Shown here: positions 38,031-51,757 of the stretch, in pieces
How positions within the stretch are numbered: position 1 is the stretch's first letter
Layout: each line of letters starts with the position of its first letter
Origin: Chrysemys picta bellii
Lineage: Eukaryota
Direction of reading: 5' to 3'
DNA: 64,000 nucleotides
NCBI RefSeq assembly: GCF_011386835.1
Contig: NC_088793.1
Location: 14,322,001-14,386,000 of the forward strand
Made by a program: the position numbers and the translations under genes
The notes under the pieces: model-generated
Seen by the model: only the letters and a program-made list of their open reading frames with translations
What the model was told of the DNA's origin: nothing
Database searches by the model: none

Positions 38031-38908
38031 TGTGAGATCTGATCAGTGATCTTTGCCGGAATGACGTCTCTCTCCACTCCTGCCCTGCCTCCCTTGCTCC
38101 TGCCCTGTGTCTCTGCCTATCTCTGACAATTCCAGCATCCCTGACTGTGCATGGCTAAAGCTGAGCTGGTGATCTCTTTCCAAAGCCGCCTTTACCCCTC
38201 CTCTCCTCCCCCCAGTCTTGATCATCATCATTGCTCAGACCCACAACCCGGGTAGCCCCTTTGACTCCTTGTTTCCTTTCTCACCCCGCGCAGGCATGCT
38301 GCTTCCATGTCCTGCCGCTTGCTGCTCCATGACATTTCTAAGATCCGCCCTACGTCTGCTAGTGTCGGAGACTGTTTGCGTGGTGGAGTCTCCCCACCAG
38401 GGATGGGTGAATGCAGGCCGCAGGGGCTTTGAGCAACCTTTGGGCCATGCGTTAGGCCTTCCTCAGGCTGGTGTGGCCTGTGGTGGAGCTCAGAGAGCAT
38501 CATCTACAGAGCCCTTCTAGACTGTAGTGGCCAGAGCTCAGATCAAAGCAGAGCGTCTCAAGCTCTCTCCTAGGCCACACCGCTAGATGCTGCCCTTAGC
38601 TGGCGAAAGGTTTGGCACTCCTGCTGTCTGGCAATACAGACGTGGAGAGACTGAAGGAAATGTCAGAACCTGCCTCACAATAGACCATTTCCTGTAGGGA
38701 AGGATTTCTCTGGGCTCACGGAGGCTGTGAATGTGTGACTGTGACTTAACCATTTCCTTCCAAATCTGCAGCTGGCACACTTCTGACCTAGATAGCCGCC
38801 GTTGTGTGTTTGCGAGGGCCTGTGGAGTTGTCTGCTCGCAGGTGGTGAGCTACTATCCGGCCGCAGTCCTTGCTGCCCTAAAGCTTGCTGTGTAGCTCTG
38901 TGCTGCTT

Positions 38909-39616
38909 AGGCCTCAGCTGAAGTATTGTATCCAGTTGTGGGTACCACATTTCAGGAAAGATGTGAACAAATTCGCGAAAGGCCCGAGAAAAATGCAACA
39001 AAAATAATTAAAGGTCTAGAAAACATGACCTGTGAAGGAAGATTGAAAACATTTAGTATGTTTAGCGTGGAGAAGAAAAGACTGAGGGGGACATAACAGT
39101 TTTCAAGTATGTAAAATGTTGTTACAAGGAGAAGGAAGAAAAATTGTTCTCCTTAACCTCTGAGGATAGGACAAGAAGCAATGGGCTTAAATTGAAGCAA
39201 GGGAGGTTTAGGTTGGACATTAGGGAAAAACTGCCTAACTGTCCGGGTGATTAAGCGCTGGAACAAATTGCCTACGGAGGTTGTGGAATCTCTGTCATTG
39301 GAGGTTTTTAAGAGCAGGTTAGACCAGTGGTTCTCAACCTATTTACCACTGTGGGCTGCATATGCAGCTCTCTGTGTTACGTGGGCCGCATCCACACAAT
39401 ATATATATACACTACCTGTATGGCCCTAAGGATGTCACACGGGCCGCTGCTGCATGCTGATTGGACTACAAGCGGGCCGCAGGTTGAGAACAACTGGGTT
39501 AGACAAACATCTGTCAGGGATGGTCTAGTTATTACTTAGTCCTGCCTTGAGTGCAGGGAACTGGACTAGATGGCCTCTCGAGGTCCCTTCCAGTCCTACA
39601 TTACTATGATTCTATG
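38909..39616 (+). mobile_element. CR1 LINE 3' fragment
   Basis: ORF2 C-terminal sequence and tail GAGGTCCCTTCCAGTCCTAC...CTATGATTCTATGA. Confidence 0.9.
39325..39496. mobile_element. hAT-type MITE inserted in the CR1 3' end
   Basis: TIR CAGTGGTTCTCAACCT / AGGTTGAGAACAACTG; perfect TSD GGTTAGAC. Confidence 0.9.
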
Positions 39617-40138
39617 AACATGGTGGCTAATACAACTCTGAACAGCTGTACAGCATTTCACACATAAAGTACTGTGAGTATCAACTTCTTAGGGCCTGAC
39701 CCTGCAACTCCTCTTCACACACACAGCTTCTATTGATTTCAGTGGGAAATCCCTGTGCAAAGCGCACTTTGTAACCAAGGCCCTGCCTTGGCAGGTCAGA
39801 CTAGTGCCCTTTGTAGCCTGGTATTCTGTCTTGGACAGTGGGCAGTTGCCAAATGGCGAAGAAGGACAGTGCAGCAGTTAGAGCACTAGCCTAGGAGTCG
39901 GGAGATCTGAGTTCAAGTCTCTGCTCCACAAAAAGGTTTGTGTAACTCACTTAGCCTCTCTGTGCCTCTGTTTCCCATCTAAAATGGGGATAATAGTGCT
40001 TCCCCCACTTCACAGGAGTGTTGTGAGGATAAATACATTAAAGATTGAGGCGCTCTGTGACAGGAGCCTGGTAAGTCCCTTACTAGGTAGATGCCTTTGA
40101 GCATGGACTGGACACCATGCTATACAATGTACTGTAGG

Positions 40139-40923
40139 TAGAGCCTTCCCAAATTCGCAGTCCGTTTTGGTAAATTTCATGTCATAGCATTTTTAAAATG
40201 TCATGGTTTTAGATAGTTAAATCTTAAATTTCAGTGTTGTCACAAAGCATGAATATGTATTTAAAAATATAACCATGTAAAGCCCTTAAAAAAACAACAA
40301 GGAGTCTGGTGGCACCTTAAAGACTAACAGATTTATTTGGGCATAAGCTTTCGTGGGTAAAAAAACCTTACTTCTTGGGTTTTTGACCCACGAAAGCTTA
40401 TGCCCAAATAAATCTGTTAGTCTTTAAGGTGCCACCAGACTCCTTGTTGTTTTTGTGGATACAGACTAACACGGCTACCCCCTGATACATGTAAAGCCCT
40501 TAAGTCAGCATTTCTCAAACTGGAGGTCCCGACCCAAAAGGGGGTTGCAAGGCTATTGTGTCAGGGCCACGGTATTGCCACTTTTACTTCTGCGTTACTT
40601 TCAGAGCTGGGCAGGCAGAGAGCGGCAGCTGCTGGCCAGGTGCCCAGCTCTGAAGGCAGAGCCGCCACCCACAGCAGCACAGAAGTAAGAGTGCCATGGT
40701 ATGGTATCGCCACCCTTATTTCTGCGCTGCAGCCTGCAGCGGTGCTGCCTTCTGAGCTGTGCCCCTGGCTAGCAGCCGCCACTTTCTGGCCGCCCAGTTG
40801 TGAAGGCAGCGCAGAAGTATGGGTAGCAATACCGTGACACCTTCTCTTCCCCCCCACACACAACTAGACCAGTTTCATGATCTGTGCCGTGTTTTTCATG
40901 GCTGTGAATTCAGTAGGACCCTA
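40139..40923. mobile_element. hAT element (TAGGGCCCTACCAAATTC-type) hosting nested Penelope-like and MITE insertions
   Basis: TAGAGCCTTCCCAAATTCGCAG / CTGTGAATTCAGTAGGACCCTA termini; TSD ACTGTAGG/ACTATAGG. Confidence 0.75.
40290..40487. mobile_element. Penelope-like palindromic insertion (second subfamily), hammerhead cores truncated
   Basis: ~70-bp inverted arms; 16-bp TSD CATGTAAAGCCCTTAA at 40274-40289 and 40488-40503. Confidence 0.8.
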
Positions 40924-42674
40924 ACTATAGGGAACAGTCTTGTCTTGGCAGTGAGATGGAGCACGTGATCTACTATAGGCTTCTCCATCTGTCGCTTCTA
41001 GGATGAAGGCTGATGTGATGAAAATATTGTTTTGGATTGAACCCAGTTTCAGTCCCCTCTTAATTCATGTTGGATCTGGTTCCCGTCCAGACCGATGGTG
41101 TGAAAGTTGGTGTGAGAGTCAGAAAGCAGCGCTGGATTTTCTATAGCTCCTGGCTTCTTTGGCAAGCCGTCTAAATGGGATTCTACTCCTGTCCGGGGTC
41201 AGTGCAGGAAGCTACAGGACAGCCCACGCTTTGAAAAGACCTGCTTTCTCATTCTAAAAGTAAATCAAAGTGACGGCAAAGAATCACTTCCACTATTTTA
41301 CTGATTAAAATTACCCCATATTTAAATTAAAATAAGTTCTCTTTATCCAAGCCCCAAATTGCTTTTATTTCACTGGCATTTTTAAGCCATGTTCTAGCAA
41401 CAAATGAAACTTAAAAAGGATTTGATTTGCAATGCCAGTGTTATGACATGGATGATTGCACCACCAGTTGCTCTTGCTTTGACCAGGTTATCCTTGATAA
41501 TACCAAACTCTCACACAGTGTCTTTCATCCCTTGATCGACAAAGCACTTTACTGAGGAGGTCAGTATCATTATCCGCATTTTACAGATGGGGAAACTGAG
41601 GCACAGGGTGATTATGTGAATTGCCCAAGGTCACCCAACAGGCCAGTGGCAGAGCTGAGAATCGAACCCCTATTTCCTGAGTCCCAGTCCAGGGCCTTCT
41701 CTTCTGGCTTGCAGAGCTGTAGACATTTATGGTAATAAAATCTTGCTGACTTGTGTTAAATTCCTATTTGTCTCAAACTGTTCAGATAAGCTTGTTGCTA
41801 AAGCACACTTGGGAGGTGCAGCAATGCTACTTTGTATAACCTGTACTCACTAAACTTGGACACTTCCCATGCCTTGAAAGTAGGTGGTTTTAGTTAGTCT
41901 AAACCAAAAGCACATCTGGATTCTAGGGTTACCACACAGCTTGGTAGGAGGAGAGATGAAACTATTTTACCCAGAGCCGATAAAGGTCAAGTTGCAATGC
42001 TTTTTCCTGTATTCTTGTTCCCATCCTTGTTTGGAACGTTCACCGCCGTCATGGTCCTGAATCCTGATCTCCCAAATATGACCCTGCCAAAGGGAGGAGG
42101 CTGACAAATGAGCTCCTGTTTCCAGACTAATACTAAATATACTCTGCCCTATTATAGCACCCTCCACGAAAAGCTCTTAAAATGCCGTACAAACAGTAAC
42201 GAATGAAGCCTCACAATAGCCCTTTGTTGTAGGGTAGTGTGTCATCTGTGTCTGATGGACAGGGAAACCGGAGAACACAGAGGTGAAGTGACCTGGCCAG
42301 GGTTGCAGAGTTTGTGGCGGAGCTGGGATTAGAACCTAGATCTCCTAGTGCGGTGGGAATAAGTAAAAGGGAAATGCGTGGTAGACGAACAGTTGTATGT
42401 TAAAATAGGCAGGTATATTTGGACAGTGTGTTGTGAATCAGATGCTAAAAAAAAGCCCTCCTTTTTATCCTTGAGCCTCAGCGTTCAAATCTGGGAGTCC
42501 AAATTATGTGCAGGTCCTATTCTGATGCATCTGGAATGTACTTTGGATTAACAGGTGTTTATTTTTGTTTCAATGGGCACTCAAGCCCTCAGAGGACAAC
42601 ATTAGGAAGCAATGTGTATATTTTTTAAATTGTGTGACAAACCTCTCATATGAACAGAAATATTTTAATGCTGT

Positions 42675-42965
42675 AAGGAGGCTGTGGAATCTCTGTCATT
42701 GGAGGTTTTTAAGAACGGGTTAGAAAAACACCGGTTACAGACATTCTAGATAATACTTAGTCCTGGTTCAATGCACGGGACTGGACTAGATGTAGGGTCA
42801 CCAGATGGCCCAATATTATAGGGACAGTCCTGATTTGTGGGTCTTTTTCTTATATAGGCTCCTATTAACCCCCCCCCGTGTCCCGATTTTTCACATTTGC
42901 TGTCTGGTTACCCTAACTAGATGACATATGAAGGTTCCCTTCCAGTCTTGCATTTCTATGATTTA
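42675..42965 (+). mobile_element. CR1 3'-end fragment
   Basis: GTGGAATCTCTGTCATTGGAGGTTTTTAAG...GGACTGGACTAGATG...CCTTCCAGTC...TTCTATGA. Confidence 0.85.
42793..42915. mobile_element. hAT-type MITE (TAGGGTGACCAG TIR) inserted in the CR1 3' end
   Basis: TAGGGTCACCAGA / TCTGGTTACCCTA; perfect TSD ACTAGATG. Confidence 0.9.
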
Positions 42966-43875
42966 TTTCTCAGCAAACTTCCGGGGCAGGGCCAGGTTTA
43001 TGCATTTAAAGGTGTTGTAAACCAAACCCAATAGCCCGTGAGCTGCGGACAAGTATGTGGGCACACCTGAAAGTGAAACTAACCGGGTTCTGACTAGAAA
43101 CTTTTGTCAGTTTCACTTTTGATTTTGCTGCATGACCTGCAAAGTGCCAACAGCTTGAACAATGAAGTACATGGGGTCAGGATTTTAAGATGTCCGATTA
43201 AGACCTATTAAAGGGACCTGGTTTTCTGAGGGGGAGGGGATGCCCTTTAATAGGTCTGTTTTGGATGCTCAGAATCTCTAGTCACATCTAAAAATCTTGA
43301 CATTTTAAAATTCCAGCTTTAATAATCCAAGGTATGTCAGTAACAGGGCCATGAATTATTGATATATGGAGCTGCACGTGCTCTAGGTTCTCTTCTAAAG
43401 GGGGGGAAAGGGCATCCCAGCATTTATCTGAGATAAGCAGCTCCCACACTAAGAATTATTTTGACTTCATTCACTCTCATTTATAAGTAAACAGGTGGGC
43501 TGTGCGTTGTGACTATACGTCTTCAAATACTTGTCATAAGAATTGTGCGGTGTTCCTTTTAATTTTTGGATCCCATTATCCCATTCACTTCCCTATGGCA
43601 TGTTGAGTAGTTCCCAATGTGAAGTTTCTCTAATACTGGCAGTGCTGTATTTGCCAGAGGTGACTGTACCCCTCCCCATGCTGAATTTTTCTTCTTGGCC
43701 CAGATATTCTCCTTAGCTGCACAAGAAGCTGCTATTCTGACATCCTCACAAGGTTTTGATTTGTTGCACCATTTGCCAAGGATGGCGCTTGTTGCATTGG
43801 ACACAAAGGGTGTTGAAGGCTATTCTAGCGTGTGGCCCCCCCTTGCCAAGGGTTCTGCTAGATGCAAGCAACTGA

Positions 43876-44161
43876 GGGCATGTCTACGCTGAACAAACAG
43901 TGCCACAGCAGAGAGTCTGAGTCCAGGTCTACATACTAGGGATCACGCTGCAGGGCTAAAAGTAGCAGTGTAGATGTTCCTGCTCAGGCTCTGAGATACA
44001 CCCCCTCGCCGGGTTTCCATGCCTCCGGTCCGAGTGGGAACGTTATACTGCTATTTTTAGCCCCGTAGCACAAGCCCCATGAGTCTGCGTGTGTAGACCT
44101 AGGTTCTGAGGCTTACTGCTGCAGGCTTTTTTGTTTTGTTTTGTTTGCAGTGTAGACATAC
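43876..44161. mobile_element. Harbinger-like MITE
   Basis: GGGCATGTCTAC / GTGTAGACATAC termini with TGA flanks. Confidence 0.7.
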
Positions 44162-44892
44162 TGAGTGACTGTTGGATGCCAGCCTAGTGCTAGGATTGGG
44201 GTTTTAATGTCACCAGTTTAGGCTCTCATTGGATCAGGTGTCAGTATCGTATTCACAGGAGCAGATTCCCGTCTGAGTGACTGGGAGATTAAAACCCATC
44301 TGGCTAGTAGCTGGAGTAGGGCAGGAGGGCTGTAATTTGCACAGCATTCGGGAAGCTTCGTTTTGGCTAATGCCGTCCCTAACCCTTGCAAACAGTTCTG
44401 TGCAAACAGTAGCTCCTCTCCCATCCGCTTGCTCATTACTCATTCCCCTAATCTGACTGTTCTCCACGTCACCAGCTGGCATTGCACTCGATGGATTCCA
44501 AACTCCAGCTGGTGCCAGTGTGTTTACGCAGGCAGCAGGAGAGCCTGGCAAACGGCCCGCGGCCAAGTTGCTGCACAGCCTTGCAAAGAGAGCGCAAGGT
44601 AAAGGCATCTTGGAGATGAGACACCGGTTTATGTTCTCGCCTGTAGTGCCTGTGAGGGAGGCGGGGCTGGGCTGCTGTTCCTGTGCTAAAGGGAAGGTGG
44701 TTTGGTGTCTATTTCTCAAGATGGTCCCAGGCTGAGGGTGGTGGTGATGGTTTAACATCTGTATGGTGGTAGCACCTGGAAGCCAAACAGCTATGGCGGT
44801 GGGTGCTGCATAGACAGACAGCACATGACCGTCACTGTCCTAAAGAGCCGACAACCAAGAGGTGAGATTTTCAAAAGAGTGTAAGTGACTTA

Positions 44893-45190
44893 GGGTACGT
44901 CTACACGGCAACCAGGGATGTCCTTTCCAGCTCAGGTAGATGTACTTGTGCTAGCTTTCATCAGGCTAATGGACTCCCAATAGTAGTTTGGCCGATGGCT
45001 ACATGGGCAGTGACGCGGGTTGGCTGCCCGAGTACATACCCAGTGTGTGAGGGGTGCAGCTAGCCTGTCCCATCACCCACGTAACTCCAGCGCTACTGCT
45101 ATTTTTGGCTCACTATCTGGATCAAAGCTAGTGTGTGTACATTTACCCAAGGCAGAAGTGACACCCCCTGGCTGCAGTGTCAATGTACCC
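44893..45190. mobile_element. Harbinger-like MITE
   Basis: GGGTACGTCTACAC / GTGTCAATGTACCC, TTA duplication. Confidence 0.8.
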
Positions 45191-46711
45191 TTAGGAGCAC
45201 AAGTTCCTGGGAGGGCTTTAACTTCCCCAAGTCCCTGGGGCTGGGGCTCCTAAATGACTTAGGGTGGTTTGATAAGCCCATTCCAGACCCCGTTGATATT
45301 CAGTGAGATTTAGGTGTCTCACTCCCTTCGTCTCTGAAAGTCCCAGTCTACAAGATGAGACATAAGAGGTAAATGAGACAAGCAGGCTGAGGTGAAGGAT
45401 TCTGGGTATAACACAAATCCTAGGATGTGCCTAATTCGTGGCCAGCTTTGAGCTAATTGCAACTTGCCACCTGCAGTCTGATCTTTCCCTCTCTGGTGCT
45501 GTCTTCCTCTTTGGATCCACCAGTACCTCCCAAGTGACTTACAAAGGGTCTGGTTCTTTCTTTTCTACTTCAAGGACTTAGAAAAAGCTGTCACCAGCGC
45601 CGCCAGGTTCTGCGTGCCCATCTTTGGACCAAATAGTTTTACAGTTGCTGTTTCTATTATAAATTTCTTTTATTGGACACTTAATGCGGTTCATCCTAAT
45701 GCTTTGCAAACACCAGTGCTTGCCATGCCCCTGTGAGTTTGGGAAGTCTTATTCCCATTTTACTGATGGGGAAACTGAGGCACAGAGCAGTTGTGACTTG
45801 CCCAGAGGCACAAAGCCAGGGCTAGAGCTCCTGAGTTCCTGTTTCACTGTCCTGTGCGTGGGCCAATAGATCACGCCCCTCTGTCTGCACAATACCCTGG
45901 ATTATGTTAAACAGCATATGGCAGTACACTGGGTGGTGTAAATATTGGTGCCAGTCCTGCTCTAAATGAAATTATCCAGCCACATCAGCTCATACACGGG
46001 GTCAAATACTGGGGTGACCTCACTGTGATGGGTACACACTGTTATGACTGAGCAGAATTTGACACTCTAATTTACATGTGGCCAGCAGGACATTACAGGT
46101 GTCCTGTTAAATACCCCTTTTGCCTGCCAATGGTGCATGTAGCCTGTCTATACAGCCATGTATTCATCTTGCTGAAGTCCTGATTGTCCTTTCTCCATTC
46201 TCTCTGCTTGCTTGTTACGTGCATTTTGTTTCAGTTTAGATTGCAAGCACTTTGGGATCTGAGTGTGTCTGCACAACCCCCAACATGATGGGGCTCTGGT
46301 CTCAGGGCTTCTCTACACTTAAGATGCTACAGTGAGGCATCTGCTATAGTCCTTCAGTGTAAAAAACACTAGCCATCCAGATAGGAGGGGTTGTTCCATC
46401 GACACAGGTAATCCACTTCCCTGAGAGGTGGTAGCTAGGTCGATGGAGGAATCCTTCTGCCAACCTAGCACTGTCTACATGGGACATAGGTCGGCTTAAC
46501 GCTGCTGCTCAGGGATGGGATTGTTCACACCCCTGACCAACGTAGTTAAACCGACGGAACTTTCTGGTGTAGACCAGGCCTCAGTCTTTAAATCAAGACT
46601 GGAGGTGCTTCTAGACCGAAATGCCCTCGTTCAGCCCCACCACTTTGGGCTCTGAGCAGGAATCGGGGTGGGGGAGTGAAATGATGATGGCCTGTGTTCT
46701 GCAGTTTAGAT

Positions 46712-47741
46712 CAGTGGTCTCAAACTCACGGCCCGTGGGCCATCTGCGGCTTGCGAACCTCCCCAATGTGGCCCGTGGGGCTCCAGCAGTTTTGGGGCCG
46801 GGTCTCTCCCTGTGCTCCACCTGTTGCCCCCGAGTGCTCCCCTCCCCCCCAGGTGATTTAAAATGTCCTGGGGCCCTGGCAGTGCAGCGGAGCTGAGCGG
46901 CATCTGCCAGCTCGCTCCACGTGTCTATTGGCCCCTCCCTGCGGCCCTGGGGCAGGGCTGTGCCTCCGCGTGCTGCCCCCACCTCAAGTGCCCCTGCAGC
47001 CAATGGGAAGTTGCAGGGGCGGTGCCCCCTGGCCCACCCCGCTTTGGAGCCCCAGGTAAGCACCGCACCCTGAACCCCCTCCTAGAGCCTGCACCCCCAT
47101 CCCCTTCCCACACACCCCCTCCTACCCCCAAACTCCCTCCCCAAGCCGGCACCTCCATCCCCTTCCCGTCCACAAACTCCCTCCAAGAGCTTGCACCCCC
47201 TCCCCGCACCCCCTCCCCACACATCTCCAGCCCCCAAACTTCCTCCCAGAGCCTGCAACCCCCCCGCCCTCCTCCTGCACCCCCACCCTCCTCCTGCACC
47301 CCCACCCCCCAGCCCAGAACCTGCACCCAGCACCCAAACTCCATCCCAGAGCCTGCACCCCTACCCCCTCCCTGCCCCAAAACTCCATCCCAGAGCCTGC
47401 ACCCTCTTCCCACACACCCCAAGCCCCCAAACTCCTCCCAGAGCCTGCACCTCTCCCTTCTCCTCCCTCCCAGAGCCTGCACCCTTCCCCTTCCTCCTAC
47501 ACCCCCACCCCTTGCCCCAGCTCAGAGCCTGCACCCAGCATCCAAACTCCCTCCCAGAGCCTGCACCCCAATATCCTACCCAGACCACCTCCCTCACCCA
47601 AACCCCCTCCTAGAGCCTTAGGCAGGTGGGGGGCGGAGTTTTGGGGGGCGGGTTCTGGGCGTCATGAGTGACATTATTGGCTGGCTGGGAGGATTCGAGG
47701 ACTGGCACTGGCCCTAAGGTAAACTGAGTTTGAGACCCCTG
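46712..47741. mobile_element. hAT-type element with internal C-rich minisatellite (~47050-47620)
   Basis: TIR CAGTGGTCTCAAACTCA / TGAGTTTGAGACCCCTG; TSD GTTTAGAT/GTCTAGAT; repeated CCCAGAGCCTGCACCCC. Confidence 0.88.
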
Positions 47742-50700
47742 GTCTAGATGATGAGTGGGTTGTTCTGGCCTTAAAATTTTATTTGCCCTGAGAGGGCACA
47801 GCTAATCTTGCCAATTAGGTTAAACAGTGGTTCCAATTGTATTATTCCAGTGACTTCATTGTTATTAATCTGGGCGCTTCCGGGTCAGTGGAGACCATAG
47901 AGAGCAGAGTTTAGTTTTAATTTGTAACCACATCTGGAATGGTTTGAAGCCTTCGTGTGAAGTTAGTGCCAGTGGTGGGTATCCGAACGAACGCTCCAGA
48001 GGCTTCGGTCCTCTGTGCATAGAGCATGTACAGTAAAAGCAGCAACAGTGCAAGCTTCCTCCCCACTTGGGAGCGAGAAGCAGTACTCAGGGTATGAACT
48101 TTGACCCTGCTAGTGCCCCAAGGCAACTTCACAGTCACACTAAAGAAAACCAGAGTAACCCAATGAATTGCTGTAGAAACACTGTGTGCCTCGACTTGGA
48201 CTCTCTAGGCAGCCCACTTTGCTGGACTTGCATAGCAGATACAGTCACCAGCAGGTGAAACTCGCTAGGCCTGTGAATCTCTGATCACATGGTGCTCCTG
48301 GGTTTCTCCCTAGAGGGACAAGGAAGACACGGGTGTTATCGGTGGTAACTGACACTGTGTGGAATAATTTCACACTTATAGAAATTCTGATTTAGTATGA
48401 AGGAAAATTTCACAGTCCCTGTCATATCAGCCTCTTTAAAAGCTGCCCTTGTGCTTTGGTTCCACCTCACATGCAGATAGGAATGGGGGGGAGGAGGCAG
48501 GGTTGGGAAGAGAATCAGCTTCCAGATGCAGAGAATGAAAATATTTGGTCCAAGGTCCAAGGCTGGACCTGCTGTAGTGTTAGACAGAAGGCCTGGCAAC
48601 AACATTACTGTCACAAATCTCATGAGCCCTCAGGCCTGCAAAGCCGTTGCTGTGTAGCCCAGGAAGGCTGGGATTCTCAGTTCCCTACTGATGTACCACA
48701 TCTGTTTCCAAACCTGGCTGGTCATGAGACTTCAGACATTTAAAACTGAATCATTCTGATGACTAACTTGCTTTTGATTCCTTTCCGCTTCAGTTCAGAC
48801 ATGGATTTTAGTAGTTGCTATCTTGATTTCCAAAGCTAGTAGAAAACCGTGTTTTGTGCCATCTGAAAGTTTGGAACCCCGCTTTGAAATAGCAGAAATC
48901 GTTAACTTTAGCCATTCATGAGATTGTCTGCTAAAATCACATTGGAATTGACCAGAGAGCTTTGGGAGTAAAATGGTAAGGATGTTGTGGTGTTAAGGTA
49001 TGAAATCTTGCAACCAATCATGACGAAGTCCTTTTGTGAGCAGTACAAGTGCTTTAGGACCAGTAAACTTTACAAAGCCCTGATCCAGTGAATAGAAAGA
49101 AATACTTTTGTTCTCTACTATGTGTCCCTATTATGTGGCACAAGGTCTCTGAGATATTCACTAAGGATTTGGATTGCAGGTGGGCTGCAGGAGACCGGAA
49201 TTCTGTTCCCCCACTCAGCCGTTGACTCGCTGTCTAACCATGGGCAAGTACCTCAGTTACCCATCTGTAAAATGGAAATGATACAGGGCTCCTCCTTACA
49301 AATCTGAGACATACAGATTATAGTGCTGTGTAAGTCATAATGTCACTAGCTATTATTGCCTAGTTATCATGTAGGGCTTTTTAGAATACAACTGAAATGC
49401 AGCAACCTCTGGGGTGGAGGGTGGTTGCTGGGCAAACAATTGTCATGCTCAGTAGTTGTGCGGGAGAGAAGGGAATGTTTGGCCAAGACGGTGGGCAAAT
49501 CCCTTTCTTGTATTAAGTGCTATGAGACCTTTAATATCCCCACAGCATCTTTGTTTTTTTTAAGGCCTTATCTGAAAGACACTGAGACAGATAGTTGCAG
49601 TGTTTTATAGATTGCAGTCTTCTAAATGGCAGTAGTTAACCTTTAGTAAATGCAGCTTCTGTCTATTTGTGTTGAAGCTCACAATGCACTAAGTCTTTTG
49701 TTGCTAAAGATCTCCACTTGCCTGCGTGGTATGGAAGAAGCTAGATGGCTCATAGGGGGTGAATAGAAAACCTGTGTGTTGCCACTTGCTTGGAAACATT
49801 AACGTTCCCAATGTTCCAGGTTTTAATTCTCTGATTTCAATACAGATGATTCAGCTTGTCGCATTTTGTTATCCCCAAGTCAAGTGTTGGCTGCTAACAC
49901 TGCACTCTGCGGTGAAGGGGGTCTTTGCAAACCGTGAATTCCACCTCCCCTGCGAGGTAGGGTAAATACTCCAATTTGGTAGCTGCGGAAACTGATACAC
50001 AGATTAAGTGACTTGCCCAAGTTGACTTTGTCAGTAGTTCTGACAATAGAAACCAGGAGTCTTGATTCCTATACAGTGCTCTTCATTAGTAGATCTCAAC
50101 TCGATGTACAAAGCAGGTCAGTATGATTATCCCCATTTTACAGATGGGGAAACTGAGGCACGGGGCATGTGACTAGGCCAAAGTCACCCAGCAAACCAGT
50201 CGCAGAGCTGGGCAGAGCTCCTTGGTATCCTGAGTTCCAGGTCTTTGCTCCATCAACTAGACAATACGGCCTTTACATTAAATTGCATCAGTGCTAGTTG
50301 ATATTTATCTGAATTCTCTAATCACCTTTGTGTGTGTCTGTGTAATAACAATATATTTTACATTGTAAAAATTACTCTAGATATTTAATTACCTTCTTTG
50401 AGAAGGTTGCTGGCCTAGTGGATAGAGGGGAAGCTTTAGATATGATGTATCTTGATTATAGTAACTCCTTTGTTACATGACATTCTCATAAGCAAACTAG
50501 GGAAATGTGGTCTAGATGAAATTACTACAAGTTGAATGTAAGTCTCGTTGGAAAAACGAGTAGTTATCAATGGTTCCCTGTCAAACTGGGAGGACATATC
50601 TAGTGGGGTCCTTCAAGGGTGTGTCCTGGGTCTGCTACTATTCAGTATTAATGGCTTGGCTAATAGAGTGGAGAATATGCTCACAAAATTTATGGATGAT

Positions 50701-50934
50701 ACCAAACTCGGAGGGGTTGCAAGCACTTTGGAGGACAGGGTTAGAATTCAAAACATTGGATTCTTGTTTCAATCTTGATACACTGGAGAATTGGTCTGAA
50801 ATCAGCAAGATGGCATTCAGTAAAGATGAGTGCAATGTACTTCCCTTATGAAGGAAAAATCAAATACGTAGCTACAAAACAGGGAATAACTGGGCTAGGT
50901 GGTAGTACTGCTGAAAATGACCTGGGGTTGTAAT

Positions 50935-51344
50935 TAGGCTTGGCAGAGTACGATTTTTATTTATTTTTAAAATAAATTTGATGGATAATATTGATGCTTA
51001 TTTTTAAGCGTTTTTTTCTATTATTGATTTACATTTTCACTGTTGCAGGGAATTATTGGGGGTGTCAGATAATCATTTAATGACAATAGACATTGAGATT
51101 CAAAAAGTAAAAACTTTTTATAACCATTAAAACACAAATTGTCAACATCATGTGTCAAAATACACAAAGTAAATATCCTCAAATCAAACTCTAATACAGT
51201 CTCAAGCAGCATTTTTCTTACTCTGCCTATCTGTAAATTTCTGTTATCATTGATGGAGGTATTTTTCCATCTGTTTGTGTGTATGTGTAGTAAAATCAAC
51301 ATTTACTGAAATTTACCGGTAAAAATCCAACCCTTCCAAGCCTA
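50935..51344. mobile_element. AT-rich hAT-type MITE in CR1
   Basis: TAGGCTTGGCAG / CTTCCAAGCCTA termini; CR1 resumes GGTATAGTGGATCAC. Confidence 0.8.
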
Positions 51345-51575
51345 GGTATAGTGGATCACAAATTGAATATGACTCAACAATGTGTTGCAGTTGAGAAAAA
51401 GGCTGATATTAACAGGAGTTTCATATGTAAAACATGGGAAGTAATTGTCCCTTTCTACTTGGTACTGTGTCAAGTTCTGGGCACCACATTTTAAGGAATA
51501 TGTGGATAAATTAGAGAGAGTCTCCAGGAGGTCAACAAAAATGATAAAAGGTTTAGGAGGGGAGGCAGGGTGGGG

Positions 51576-51757
51576 TGGAAGGGCTAGCTCAGTGGTTTGA
51601 GCATTGGCCTGCCAAACCCAGGGTTGTAAATTCAATCCTTGAGGGGGCCATTTAGGGATCAGGGGGAAAAAATCTGTCTGGGGATTGGTCCTGCTTTGAG
51701 CAGGGGGTTGAACTAGATGACCTCCTGAGGTCCCTTCCAACCCTGATATTCTATGAT
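51576..51757 (+). mobile_element. Tortoise-type PolIII SINE in CR1
   Basis: Highly similar to the 14536 copy. Confidence 0.9.

Noticed and set aside
46863-47621. 252-aa proline-rich ORF and antisense Gly-rich ORFs
   Set aside because: They derive from the C-rich tandem array within an hAT element.
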